A stretch of 64,000 nt of DNA, from NCBI GenBank assembly GCA_946965045.2, contig OX337241.1:682001-746000 (forward strand). The letters are read 5' to 3'. The position numbers and the translations under genes were made by a program. The DNA comes from Epithemia pelagica. Its lineage: Eukaryota > Protista > Bacillariophyta. Under the pieces are notes generated by a model. It saw only the letters and a list, made by a program, of their open reading frames with translations, was not told where the DNA came from and searched no databases. Below, one piece after another: positions 46,517 to 58,166 of the stretch (the stretch's first letter is position 1; every line of letters begins with the position of its first letter).

Positions 46517-48403
46517 TCATCTCAACGCCCTTGCGTCGTAGTTCAATGAGCAACCAAAGACGCGAACCAAAATGTCTTTGAATCCATCCAAAAACGTTTG
46601 CGCTGTAGCATGGGACCATATGTGGGAGTAATACGTCAATCCTACGTGCATTTGCCCTCCCACCGTCTGTACATTCAAACCACCAAAGCCAAACGGACGA
46701 TGGTGTCGCGGCGTGGCGGCAAAAATTGCCTGTATAACCTCCCAACCAGCAACAACAGGCGGTGGCTCACCCGAGTTCTTCTGTTCGTTCGGGTCATCAT
46801 CCAAGCAGGAGGACGCCCAATCGACGGCACCATTGTTCGATATGAAAATGTTGGGCCCTACAATAGAAGGGAAATGAGTTTGGTAAGCCATTGGAAAGGA
46901 TGCGTTGAGACCAAGAAATGAGCGGTACGCTTTACGAAACAGCATGCGGTCAACGAATTGTCGTGACGACATGGGTTCAAATTTGTTCAAATCCTGTTTA
47001 ATGTGGCGAGCCAACTTCCATGAGTCTGCGGACTTTGGGAGGGGTTGGGCTATCCCATCCACGCATGGTTCTTGGCTCCACGCATTGTGTTCATGTTCAC
47101 GGGCAATGGGAATATCAATCTTGTAGGTGGTAAAGAAGCTTCCCGTTAATGCTTCATCACAGGGTTGCGTGTCATTTCCATCCATGTACTTCCACAATGA
47201 GATTAAATGGACAATGGAAAAGTAGGCATTTTGAGAAGGTATCCATCCATTTCTTCTTGAATGGGATTCTGGTGGATCTTGCTGTTGCCGTTCATGATGA
47301 GCCAGAGCAACCAAGGCTAAATGGGCTGCCGCACACATGGCACCATGAACGGTCGTTTGATGCCGTTTACAATTTTCCAAAAGACGGGACGTTTCACTTT
47401 CCGATAAACTAAACGTGCCTTGGTACGTTTCCTTACGAATGTGTGGATCATGGACTGCCGGTGCTCGTGCTAATGTAAGGCCACATTGTGTCCCATGCCA
47501 CCAGTGGGAGATATCTGAGAGGAAGAGTTTGGCACAACATGTAATGAACCGAAGCGGAGGCATGGAAGGAACCTTCTGATATTGTTCATGTTTGAAGGTA
47601 TTGGAAATCGATTCTTGATCATGGGCATCTGGTAGTGTCTCTCGCAAAGATTTTGCCCGCAAAGATTTTGCGTAAGAGGACGGACCATACAGACAGTAAA
47701 GAAATTCCCGCAAAAATCGATTCCGTGAGGTCCCATCAAAGATTAAATGACTGAGTGTAAAGACCAAGGCGGGTGCGTCCAACTGGTCTGCATTTGTCTC
47801 AGCAGGAGAAGTATGAACAAGGGCGACTTTCCACAAGGGACGGACGGGATCATCTTCTGTTGGATTCGGAAATTGCACAGTGTTTAATTGTTCGTGTACC
47901 ACTTGTTTCCAACTAAGATTCTTTTCCTTGTCAGTGTTTCCTTTGTTGAAAATTGTCACCACGCCTGAGGTAATCGGAGGATGCTCATCGCTTTCACTCG
48001 GCGGTGGGCCCCGTGATATCACAAAGCGATGGTTCTTGTCTGTCGGAGATGGCTTGGTTTCCACGTCATGCGAACGAGAAAGTGTCAAAACCGCTGCAAG
48101 GGATTTGTGTCGGTGTTGCAAGGCCTGAATCACATATTGCAACTCTGCAAGCGAGGGAAGACGAGTATTGGGCTTCAACACGACGCATGATACAATGTGA
48201 TCATTGCCCTCGTTCTGTGAGTGTTGCAAAAAGACTTGAGAAGCATCCAAAGCGACTTGTCCAGATTGCAGTGATTCCCCATTTCGTTCTGTCTTTCTGC
48301 TGGCTCTTCGAGGGTGCATATACCAACAAGCGTATGCGGTGACGGCAGCTGCAGCAGTAACTATTAGAGCAACGGCGGTTCCTGTTGTGCTGTATCTTTG
48401 CAT
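46517..48403 (-). CDS. Condensation-domain / alcohol acyltransferase-like protein with N-terminal membrane anchor
   Basis: LSHLIFDGTS (HxxxDG), ETSRLLENCKRHQTTVHGAMCAA, ISNNG. Confidence 0.78.
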   Translation of the reverse strand: MQRYSTTGTAVALIVTAAAAVTAYACWYMHPRRASRKTERNGESLQSGQVALDASQVFLQHSQNEGNDHIVSCVVLKPNTRLPSLAELQYVIQALQHRHKSLAAVLTLSRSHDVETKPSPTDKNHRFVISRGPPPSESDEHPPITSGVVTIFNKGNTDKEKNLSWKQVVHEQLNTVQFPNPTEDDPVRPLWKVALVHTSPAETNADQLDAPALVFTLSHLIFDGTSRNRFLREFLYCLYGPSSYAKSLRAKSLRETLPDAHDQESISNTFKHEQYQKVPSMPPLRFITCCAKLFLSDISHWWHGTQCGLTLARAPAVHDPHIRKETYQGTFSLSESETSRLLENCKRHQTTVHGAMCAAAHLALVALAHHERQQQDPPESHSRRNGWIPSQNAYFSIVHLISLWKYMDGNDTQPCDEALTGSFFTTYKIDIPIAREHEHNAWSQEPCVDGIAQPLPKSADSWKLARHIKQDLNKFEPMSSRQFVDRMLFRKAYRSFLGLNASFPMAYQTHFPSIVGPNIFISNNGAVDWASSCLDDDPNEQKNSGEPPPVVAGWEVIQAIFAATPRHHRPFGFGGLNVQTVGGQMHVGLTYYSHIWSHATAQTFLDGFKDILVRVFGCSLNYDARALR

Positions 48404-49005
48404 GTTCCCTCCATAGAAGATCCTTATGATGGCGAGAGCAAAACAGAATGGAGGCGACTGAAAAGCGTATAGTTAGGGCTAGGGCTAGCCATACTCACTT
48501 TTAATTGTAGAAGACGCCCGACGAGCTTGCATTAATTCCCAATCAATTATTGGTCATCGTTGAGTCTATTGCTACTACAATAGACGGTATTGTAGGAGAT
48601 GGGAGTTGTACAATACCTACGAGTACGATTACCAGTGCGAGTACGAGCTCCTACTCCTACCAGGGCTGTGTAGTACGATAGTCCAATTTTCGACGAAGTC
48701 CCTTACTTTGTACTGTACTTCACCGACTTTACGCATTCCCTTAGTATAGTCCCCCTCTCTCTCTCAAGGGACTGCCAGTCCCTCAGTCCATTCCCTATCG
48801 TCACTCACAACCGACTATAGTCTCTACCGTCATTCCCCCCCCCCCCCCAGCCTTCAATCGTACTATATTCCCTCTCTGGAGTCCCACCAGTCTCTCATAT
48901 CGTACTTTAAGTCCTAAAGTCAAGTACCTCCAGCCAAATATATAGACTGTATAGTACAAAATCACTCCTCATCTCCATATGAAACGACTACAACCATGAT
49001 ATCAT

Positions 49006-50064
49006 GTGTTTATCATTCCAAATCAACACAAGAATGAGGATAATCACAACACAGAGGTACGTTACCCATATCTTGGTTGCTTCGCCTCTCTTCAACAATC
49101 AAACCATTGTCCTCTCTTATCTTGTCTCATACAACGAGACGAGATCGAATCAAATGGAAGGAGTCCAAGATACCGTTTCGACATTGGAAGATCCTTCCAG
49201 GAGGGATCCCCCTTCCTAACCGTTCCGTCGAAGCATGAAGAAGACTCAGATATAGATTCTGTGTGCTTTTTGGAAAAGGATGAGGAAAGCGATACTATGG
49301 TAGATACAATCATCGATGATCTCTTGCGAGCACCTACGGACGACAGCAATCCAACAAACGAAGGAAAGGAAGTCATTACTGTGGATGTCTCGGATGACGA
49401 TGCCGGCGATAAGAAACCGGCAGCAAAGCCATCCAAAAAAGACAGCAACGATGAAAAAAAGAAACATGCTACCAAGAAACGTAAACAATCCATGATTCTG
49501 CAGCCAAGGCGGCTTTCCCCCCCACGAAAAGCAAAGGCAGCAGCGGCAGCTGCAGCTGCAGCTAATACCATGGCAACGAACCCTGCAGCGGCAAAAGCAC
49601 AAAAATCACTTGGGAAGGGAACAACCCCTCCATCTGCCAAACTTGTCGGAAATAAGAGGCGAAAAATTATTCGAAAGTCACCATTGTCGTTAAAGGCAGT
49701 CATTGGTGAGTCAAATGATGACGACAAGGGCGATGACGATTAGGACAATGAGGAAGAAAAGAACGACGGTCTGGGCAATGAAAATGGAGCAGTATTAGAA
49801 GGAGAAGAGTCACAAGATTTGTTGGGAGACAAAGATGATCAGCATGACCAAGAGGCCGACCAAGAAGACGACCAAGAGGACGATGAGGACGATGAAATTG
49901 ACGAAGAAAGTGGTGAGGATAGTGGCAGAGAAAGTAATGAGGATAGTGACAGAGAAAGTGATGCAGAGGAAAATGATCTCAATGACGGTGAGGATGGTGA
50001 CGCCGATCAAGAGGAGGAAGACAACGATGAGGATGCATCGTCCGCCGAAGCAGAATTTCAATGA
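49006..50064 (+). pseudogene. hAT transposase remnant (C-terminal tail only; in-frame TAG at 49741-49743)
   Basis: FLEKDEESDTMVDTIIDDL and QPRRLSPPRKAK align with FGDKDSDAAMNEVFDLEL and LPTRQSPPRQAK of the 61350 ORF; acidic tail; catalytic core absent. Confidence 0.7.
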
Positions 50065-50126
50065 ACAAGATCAGGAAGTTGACCAAAATCTACGAGAGAG
50101 AAAGAATTAGTAATGCATATCATAAT

Positions 50127-51911
50127 TTATCTATAAGTATTGATCATTGATTTGACCTTCTGGAATACGTCGTCGTGGAGGTGGAGTTTTTTTCCGAGGC
50201 GAGACAGTAAATTAGTGCGTAAATCAATGGTAGCAGAATGCTGCCCTAGAGCACCGAATAGTGGATTGATAAGAGACCATTTATCCATGGGAACCCATGC
50301 TTCCAAATGTTTTGATGTCGCTAAGCCGCTGAGTTTTGGAGGCACCCAACCCATCTTGTGTGCCCAGCGAATAACATGTATGTCTGAAGGTATACCGTCG
50401 ACACGTCCGAATGCCGCCTCCAGTATTATGCATGCAGTCTTATACCCAATGCCATCGAGGGTCATCAACTCGTGGATTGTAATGTTGTTGGGAATTATCC
50501 CATTGTGGCGCTGTAGAAAGTAGTCGGCCGCATTTACAATGCGCTCGGCGTTGACGTTATATCGTCCAAGTTCCGATATTAGGGAGCACATAGCATCCAT
50601 GCCGTACTTGTTGGCGATCTCCGACACAGCATAGGCAGACGTCATTCCACAAGCAAAAAGACGGGGCATTACGGAACTGAGTTGTAAATCTGAAGTGCTT
50701 CAACTCATACAGATCGTCATCAAGACCATGAATGGCCGATCTGAAAGAGGATTGTCCGCGTAATTGTTAATCCATGACTCCCAATCATCCCGAGGAGCCA
50801 CGATTCCAAAGTGTTTCAACTCTTGGTGAAACATGACCAGTTGTCCGAGTTCTGTCAGTCGATGGTCTAGAACAGTTGCAGGAATGGGAGGGACTATCAC
50901 ATGGAGATCGGATGGCAGGCATGTGGCGATCATCGTCGTCTTTTTGTTTATATTTGATGGTTTTTTTAGAACGTGAAATCGATTGAAGAAATAATGATAT
51001 AATGGTGTTGCAAGAACGAGTGGAATACGAATGTGTTGGATGCTGGGTATGCTGGGTAGCTTTCTTCGGTGGAGATTTAAGAAGATTCTTCTTTTTGGGA
51101 GATTTGTTCACGGCAGGTGGATTGTCTTTTTTTCGTCGGCATGTAGGGGAGGACAGTGTATCTTGTCGTATAGCTGCGTCAATTGGGCAATATAAGGGGT
51201 GATGCAACTTGGAACACAGTCCTCTTGATCGGATTCTTCGCTGTTACATTCGCATAAAATATATTCGTTGACTAGTTTTTGAGGTTGTTGTGTGCAATGG
51301 AATCCAGTTGATGTGTGCATCATCCAGGACAGAATGATAGATTGGGATGAAACATTCGGACATTTTTGTTTTACACGATGGGTGTTTCTCATACATGCGT
51401 GAAAATGAGGGCATTGATCAATCTGTAGCGTGGGTGTACATTGAACAGTAAGTGTAAGACTCTTGCAATGATCAGGCATGAAGGGTTGAAACTCATGATC
51501 TGATGAATTCGGAACTTGCGGAGATGGACCGTGTAGATGAGTAATGACAATGCCAGCCATGATTGTAAGCTTGTCGTCATACTCCAAGGTGAACAATCTG
51601 CAAGCGTGAGTGTTGGAGTTGCTCGTGTTTTCTTCTTTGCAAGAAATGGACCCAGAATTCTGAATTAACCATGCAACAGTAAATCGTTTCACCCATAGAT
51701 GAAGTTGGCGCCGAAGAAGGTCTTTGGGAGATTGCTCTTGGATATATTTTTTCGTGTCTTCGAAGTAAGCAAAATTCGACTCCAGAATGAACTTCAGATT
51801 ACATCGTGAAGAGAAATGAAGGTATTTGCGAGAAGTTGATGGTTCCATGTACCTTGTTCCTTGAGTTGTGGAGGAATGGTTTGGGGGAGGAAAGTTGAGT
51901 GTGGGAGACAC
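50127..51911 (-). pseudogene. Endonuclease III-like HhH-GPD glycosylase pseudogene (cargo of hAT 1)
   Basis: LMTLDGIGYKTA, GIPSDIHV; collinear with 59322-61196; two frameshifts and an in-frame TGA at 50700-50702 (CMS*STSD versus CMSASTSD). Confidence 0.88.
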
Positions 51912-52460
51912 TTTTTTTCGATGGTTGATGGAGTGAGAGTGAGGTGCGAGGGTGTGAGGTGTGTTGCTGCTGATAGCGTTGTTGTGATGGGCGTGGGTCT
52001 CATGTGGGTCTCATGTACGTATAGTAGCGTGGTGGAGTATACATGGATTTCGTACTGTGAAGTCATGACTTAGGGACTATAGTACCATAGTACATGAAGA
52101 TTATGAAAGGGACTATAGTCCACATAGTATAGTCCAATGTTGTATTTCGATGTACTATAGTCATCGGTGATAGTCTATGGGTGAGTGGAATTGGGACTAT
52201 CAGTCAAGGGACTATTCCATGTGTGGTGGCTAGGGTGAACTATAGTCATTTAGTACAGTCTACCGCGTTTGTAAATGGGATTAGTAGTCTCTTAGTATAG
52301 TGGAACATCGCGAAATTGCCTTTTGCGCCTGATGGTCAGCAACGTCGGCAACATGACACTCATAGCAAAGGCTCGTAGCAGTGGTAGCTTACCAAGTCAA
52401 CCTATAGATACAATCAGTTGGCATACAAATAGACAACTAACATTCATTAGTCATTAGGCA

Positions 52461-53428
52461 CTAGTCTTCGTAGTCAACCTGAAATAGTTGTTCGCCGTTG
52501 TTGATTGTAAGCTGGCAGACGATGGCAACAGCTCTGAAAACGTCCGCATGCTGGTTGAACTCGTGTCGAAATGTCTGGGCGAGGCAGCCCCAAAGCTTGA
52601 ACCTCTTGTTGATTGTTTCCTGACGACTACGGACACGTTGTTGCATTTTTTTCTTTTCGGGTAGATTGGTGAAGCCCTTTGGGCATTTTACTTTCTGGGG
52701 ATGTTCCCCGACGTATCCATCATCTGCTTCAATGCGCTCGTTGGGTTCGAGGTGCGAGAGTAGTGAGTTGCGGAAGATCATAAGATCATTCCACAACCCA
52801 CACTCATATGGCCCGTTGATCCACACAATATCTCCGGTGCGAATACAAAGGCCCACCTCATACCGAAGACCACTCTTTTTAAACTTGTACGAAAAAAACC
52901 TGCGGCCATGCTCGGGGACACGAAAGTCCGTCCCATCAACTGACATCAGGCAGTCATTGCCAATATCTGTCTTAAACCTATTCTCAAATATTATCTGAAG
53001 CAATCTGGTTAGATAAGAAAAGACAGACATCACTTTCGCAAAGTAGGAGCACCACTTACCACTAGGGGTTCTAGGTTTGCAATCGCCGGAATGAATAACC
53101 ACGTCCACTTGCGGAAGGTTTCCGGGTCAACACCACCTACAAGGGCACACAATGACTTTGCATTTGAGTAGACCTTCAGAAATAGAAGGGTCCACAACAA
53201 ATGAGTCATTGTACCCCCTGTAGGTATGGTGTCGGTGGTTCCCAGCAAGGACCACAAAGACAAAAACACTGCCACCGAACACCCAAAAAAACTCCGGAAC
53301 TCCAGATCCTCAGTCTCTGGAGAGCGCTGTCTTCGACCATCACGTCCCCAGATCCGACGAGCAATCCTGAGCACATCATTGGCATCAGGTGGCTCGGGCC
53401 GTGGTCGCTTTCGATCTGGTTCATTCAT
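52461..53428 (-). CDS. Harbinger/DDE_Tnp_4-type transposase, two exons (53428-53060, 52994-52461)
   Basis: SVDGTDF, EADDGY, RSRQETINKRFK catalytic motifs; 65-bp GTAAGT..TTCAG intron restores the frame. Confidence 0.88.
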
Positions 53429-53958
53429 CTTTTGTTGTGACACAGTTTGGTATTTGATGTTGTCTGGCTGGGGAGCAGGGGTCGTGTGAGAGTTGCACCA
53501 ACCGACACTCAAGACCCCAAACAAGTTATGCCCAATCATTGATTACACATGAAAAGCAGGAAGGGTTAGGTGAGTCATCTACTATATGTTCAAAAAGTTC
53601 TGTTGGTCATGTCACATGGACATAAAATTATTGGTACATAGCCAACACACCAATCATAGATCATAGTTAGGAGTAGTCATAGCCCATGGACAACGGACAT
53701 TCCTCACAGATCATGCTCATAACCATAATAGAGTGGCAAGACAACAACAACTATTGTAGGAACTAGTTAACGATTCTACCGGGACCCATTTGAACTTTGA
53801 AGTCATTGGACGTTGAGTTTACTCTATGACATTGGATTCGGGGAAGCACATGAACAAAGAAATCACATCTCTGTTGTGTGCTCGTTTCTGATCTTCCATA
53901 GATTAATATATGCCCTGTATGTGTGATTGAATAATTGATTTTCTGTACAGGTTTTTTG

Positions 53959-54249
53959 TTTTACACTTTTTGGCCGTTTTACACTTTTTGGCCGTTTTGC
54001 GCCTTTCGGCCGTTTTGCACTTTTTGGCCGTTTTGCGCCTTTCGGCCGTTTTGCGCCTTTCGGCCGTTTTGCGCCTTCCAGTACAAAATCCTACGTATTT
54101 TCTCGTAGCACCGGCCGTTTTGCGCCTTTTGGTCGTTTTGCGCCTTTTGGACGCTTTGCGCCTTTTGGCCGTTTTGCATTTTTCGGCCGTTTTGCATTTT
54201 TCGGCCGTTTTGTGATTTCCGTAGTTTTGCGATTTCTGTAGTTCTGCGA
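53959..54249. repeat. 18-bp tandem array, two blocks of six units (GGCCGTTTTGCGCCTTTY)
   Basis: Unit starts at 53972, 53990, 54008, 54026, 54044, 54062 and at 54113, 54131, 54149, 54167, 54185, 54203. Confidence 0.95.
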
Positions 54250-54600
54250 ATCAATCCTACTCGCTTAAGCCCATCTAAATTGTGGTCACTAATATGTAGC
54301 AGCATAGCATGGATCTGCTCGTCACCGTCACACTTACTCGTAAACCATTAGTTTACTCATCACATAAAAAATTGTTACTATACCCCTAGTTATGCCTGCA
54401 TGATTTAGTATTGACTTGCTGCCGGTTTTAAAGGTAGAAAGATTTAAGCCTATCAGTGATGTCTCACGAGTTCCCATGTGATACGTCTCCCTACCGCTCT
54501 GAATTTTGTTCCCGCATGGCACATGTTGTGGGTTGTTGCTTCACAGGACTGAAGCCTGTTGTGGTTTTTCAAAAAGAAAATCTCGCCACAAAACCACATA

Positions 54601-55709
54601 ATGTCAGAAGTTGGAGCAGCACCAAAGTGGGGCAAACAAGACGACGCCAAACTAGCAGCGTTGTTCCGGAAGAAGTTGTCCAAGGGTGGAGTGTCACCAC
54701 AGGACTTGGGAAGAGATAACATTGAAAAGGTGCGCCAAACTCACTTTCCTGAGCGTGCCTACCGGAACTTTGCACCTCTGTTCCGCAGGAAAGCACGTGC
54801 CTTCAACGTGGAAAGCTCACTTGCTGGTGCAAGGAAAGCCCAAGGTACGTACTGATTCAATTGCGAATATCTTCTGCTGACCAGTTTCTAACTGGTTCTT
54901 GTAACTGTTCAACAACAATGGGTCGAAACAAAGAAGACGAACGCGAGGAAGTCGAAGAGGAGGCAGAGGAAGTTGACGAGGCTTCTGCAGGTGAAGAAGA
55001 AGAACTTGAAGTAGAAGAAGAACAGGCAGGTGGCGAGGCCCAGGACATTTCAGACCTCTTGGGAAAAATGAGTATTGGACGGGCATCCACCAAATCACCT
55101 TTTGGAATGGAAGTTGTCTTCCCTTACTTTCTCTACACGTATGAGGAAATGGACCAAATGCATGTGAGTATCGATTTCCTTGTCTTTGGATTCAAGGAAA
55201 GTGCATTTCGTCCGCAGGTTGCTTCTGGTGGGCAAGAGTTGGAGCTCGGAACCATCATCCCTCCCATGTTCGTGCACCCTGATAGACTCTTCCAAGCAAA
55301 TGAGGAAATCAACGACAACACACACAAGGCAACGGCCTACAAAATGATGGTGGATAGCATCCAGAAGAAGCATGGCGATGGCACGTCCGAACAGCGCCTA
55401 TTTGGTGAACCACAGAGGGTCAAATTGCCGTTCACATGCGAGCAGGAGATCTCAATGTGGGAGGTTCAACACTTTCCTAACATTGACAGGGACTTTGACC
55501 CGATGACTGGTCATACACACATGGTCTCCATCTTGGCAATTGATCTTGTTGCCACGGAGAAGCGCGTCAGGAAGAGGAATGGTGGAGTTCGTGTCTTTGG
55601 CTCACCCTCTGGGATCCGCAACAACAACAATTATCGCAACAACAATAACAACGACAACTACACCTATGATGATGATGACAACGCCACTATGGTGCGCGCT
55701 GATGAATGA
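54601..55709 (+). CDS. Harbinger second ORF (putative Myb/SANT-like DNA-binding partner), two exons (54601-54844, 54934-55709)
   Basis: Basic helical N-terminus KWGKQDDAKLAALFRK..NFAPLFRRK; 89-bp GTACGT..AAG intron keeps the frame; lies inside the TIRs. The Myb-like call rests on context. Confidence 0.65.
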
Positions 55710-57618
55710 ATGCTATTTGACCATGGCGAGGAACCACTCTGGCCTGATGGTGCATTCAATCATAATCTTAGTTATTAATATATTTACCTAGTTTAGCAGT
55801 TTGTTTCCACATTGCGGATGTTAGCTAACATAGGATTGGGGATTTCCCAACTCTTGACCAGGCCCAAAACGCAATTTCGCGATGTTCCAGTCCCGTTAGA
55901 GTGTTGAATGGAGTGTAGTACCTATGGTCTAGTCAGGTACATATCGTAGATGGACTGAAAGTCATGTAGTCTAGTCTCGACATGTTTGGGTGATACTTCA
56001 CAGCTCTGACTCCTACCTCATCGGTCCTCGTACCTCGTACTCGTATCTCGTATTCGTATCTCGTACTCGTATTGAGTATTGAGTCCTATCAGTACGAGTA
56101 AGGAGTAGAGAGTAGAGGACGAGTAACGAGTCCCTCGGTATCAGTGTCCACTGCTTAGCTGTTTTTTGTATGTGCCATCTTCAAAGGTTCCCAAGGGGAC
56201 ACAGACAGCATTTGTCGTTTTTTGTCTGTCTGTCTAGCCATTAAAATTCCTCAGGGTTGAAGCAAGGCCAGCGTGCAAGTGACAGTTGACGGTTGGTGGT
56301 TGTCCTCGCCGGGTCACCACGATTCAAATTTGGGCATCCATCATCATCTCGACACCTGTCACAAAAACCCAAAACCGAGCCAAATGCTTGACCATGACAG
56401 GGGTGAGGTGAGAACAATGGATGGATCATGCTGGACTGATCCGTTTCTCTCTATTGCTGCTTATTACTTATCTTGTGGTCTCTTTTCCCTTTTTCTCACG
56501 CATCACTGCTGCAGCTGTCTTTCCTATTGTTCTTGCATGATCCTTTACTTTTGTCTCATTTCGTACGAGTAGATGACAAGCCGCCAGATGTCAACTGGAA
56601 TATCTTTTCCTTGTCGTAATCGTTTGTTGTTTGATTGTTTTTTGGCTACTGTCATATGCTCTATAGGATAGATTATTCTCTCTTGTCTCTCATCATAGCG
56701 TCATTCTCAATCATTTCTCAACGATGTTGTTTTTGCATCAAATAGATGGGAAGCCATCTTGCCACACCCTACTGACCAATTATCATATCCTACCTAGGTA
56801 GTCAACACAGAGTGCTCAAAGTGAGCGGTACAAGCTTGTGAGAGCTGTTCTGTTGTGTTTTCATAGCAAAACTGAGGGCCATCGTCGTGCTCAAAACAAA
56901 GAACAGAGCTCCAACGAATTCAGAAGGCTCAAAAGTCTCATGGATGACAAGCACTGGCGTTATACTACTAGTAAATAAACAAAAGAAGGTCTAGAGTATA
57001 GAGTATGTATTTTAATGCAATCAAAGTTATGGGGCTCAGCAAAAGCCAGTCATTTCTGTTCGACAAGAATGAACAATGGCAAGTAATGAGCTGCCCAGCG
57101 ACTAAACAGATGAGTAGCGTCTCACACGAGCAGAGCAAACAAAAGTGGCAAGTGGCAGTGAGCATGACTGATGTCATTGACAACATGGCAATTGGCAATG
57201 GATCAAGCTCACCTGGAAAGCCAGTAACATTCGTAAGTACCTAGTAAGTACGATGTGCTTTGGCAAAAGAAAAGAGAATTGTGAGCCTGCCCCGAATTAT
57301 GCAACAACCAACCGTCATCCACGAAGGGGACGCTTGTTGGGCTTGCGTCCGCTTCAAACGTCGAAAAATTCAGCTGGGCATGCGTGCCAATTTGCAATTT
57401 GATCATTTCTATTTGCATCAAAAGCGAAAAATGCTGTCTGTGTCCACTTGGGAACCTGTGAAGGTGGCACAGACAAAAAACAGCTAAGCAGTGGACACTG
57501 ATACCGAGGGATTGAGTACGAGGATGGAGACGGAGAACATCGAAATAAAAAATAATAGGTGAGTTGGGTCCCGCTTTCTTCCATGTATTTCCGACTAGAG
57601 CTATTAAGAGATAAGCTT

Positions 57619-58166
57619 TAGAGCTAGGTCCAGCGGTGAGCGGTCACGCATCTCCAGCGCTGGAGATCCAGCGCTGAAGAATCTCCAGCATAGATTTTCT
57701 CTGGCGCGTAAGGTAAGCGCTACGTTGGGGATGGTAGTCTTTTCTTTGCACTGGTCACTATTTATCTTTTCTCATTTGTTTGTTTCATACTGGTCACCCT
57801 GTGTCATTCATTTGCTACACACAGCCTTCCAAAATGTCTGAATGCAATGACAATGATGACTCTTCAACGGTGGAAGAGTGCAATATGGATGGCAATCCGA
57901 AGCACACCCCGAAATGAGGATTCTGTAAGAGGACACCTATCAGTGTATTCTTGAAAGGAGATAATATTGACATGACAACAAAACCAAAAGATTCTGGAGA
58001 CCAAGCAACTATTCCACCACTGGAAAGGAAAGCTCTACCAAGATAGGTGCTCTAGTTACTTCTTCTAGCTAGGCATTTTCATCATGGTAGCACAGGTAGT
58101 CTTTTCTCCAGCTGGAGGCGCGTACCTAGCTCCAGCAGAGATGAGCTCTTGCTGGACCGACCTCTA
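57619..58166. mobile_element. Small non-autonomous TIR element (548 bp)
   Basis: TIRs TAGAGCTAGGTCCAGC and TAGAGGTCGGTCCAGC (14/16), CTCCAGC subterminal repeats, flanks AGATAAGCTT and ATATAAGCTT. Confidence 0.7.

Larger units (their letters stand above)
52295..55895. mobile_element. PIF/Harbinger-type DNA transposon (3601 bp)
   Basis: TSD TTA (52292-52294, 55896-55898); 30-bp inverted repeats at 52301-52330 and 55860-55889 (28/30); two divergent genes. Confidence 0.88.
48661..56008 (+). mobile_element. Non-autonomous hAT transposon 1 (internally deleted) carrying an HhH-GPD glycosylase pseudogene and a nested Harbinger
   Basis: TIRs CAGGGCTGTGTAGTA and CAGAGCTGTGAAGTA (13/15); 8-bp TSD ACTCCTAC at 48653-48660 and 56009-56016; GACTATAGTC-like subterminal repeats near both ends. 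Confidence 0.92.

Noticed and set aside
53959-54249. CRISPR-like array
   Set aside because: Units are head-to-tail with no unique spacers, there are no cas genes, and the context is eukaryotic.
53970-54305. ORFs encoding repeated KAQNGR or AVLRLS peptides
   Set aside because: By-products of an 18-bp (multiple of 3) repeat; no other coding evidence.
56020-56140. (CTCGTA/TACGAG)n and similar tracts at 44700-44900 and 48600-48660
   Set aside because: Degenerate intergenic low-complexity sequence, not telomeric and not structured.
56140-57600. Possible further element or pseudogene between hAT 1 and the MITE
   Set aside because: Only short ORFs; no terminal repeats or domains identified.
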